A stretch of DNA of 64,000 bases, from positions 1 to 64,000 of the forward strand of contig DF237268.1 of assembly GCA_000708835.1 (NCBI GenBank), read 5' to 3'. The notes beneath the pieces are model-generated. The model saw only the letters and a program-made list of their open reading frames with translations, was not told the origin of the DNA and ran no database searches. The first letter of the stretch is position 1. Each line of letters begins with the position of its first letter. The translations under genes were made by a program, and so were the position numbers. Source of the DNA: Klebsormidium nitens. Lineage: Eukaryota > Plantae > Klebsormidiophyceae. Positions 63,747-64,000 of this stretch are shown here, piece after piece.

Positions 63747-64000
63747 TCTCCTATTCCTTGTTATTGTCCCCCCAATTGACCGCCTTGGCAATAATACTCT
63801 CCAGAATATTGTTTCAACAGGATTTGGATGGCATCTACCACCGTCAAAAGCACAGCTGGCCCAAACGAGATTGGCAGGACGACTGCTACAAGTGGCCCCA
63901 CCAGCCCTTAGCATCCGTCTCATGCTGACCAAGGGGACATAATAGATGAGTCGCGTATGCAGGCAAAATAAGAGCCTGCCCGAGGAGCGAATCGGCCGAA

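Overview
This is eukaryotic nuclear DNA with GC-rich exons and many GT-AG introns. It most likely comes from a streptophyte green alga (Klebsormidium-like); that is an inference from the ClpT1/2-type, CRR1 and PsaG genes plus the intron density. I reconstructed 12 spliced genes by eye: ClpT, a remote pTAC12/HEMERA/PAP5 homologue, UCH (peptidase C12), PsaG, OLA1/YchF, RUVBL1, a DUF1499 membrane protein, a YihQ-type GH31 (candidate sulfoquinovosidase), CRR1, an OSCA/CSC1 channel, plastid GPAT (ATS1) and a 2OG-Fe(II) oxygenase. Gene orientation alternates almost strictly. The longer convergent gaps hold decayed repeats, including a TA-flanked MITE, a LINE 3' remnant and two unidentified multi-copy coding-like families; a second TA-flanked MITE lies in a divergent gap. 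The best leads are the HEMERA-like protein, the sulfoquinovosidase-like enzyme with Gln in place of the sulfonate-binding Arg, and the unidentified repeat families. Exon boundaries were read manually, and reference sequences were recalled from memory, not searched.
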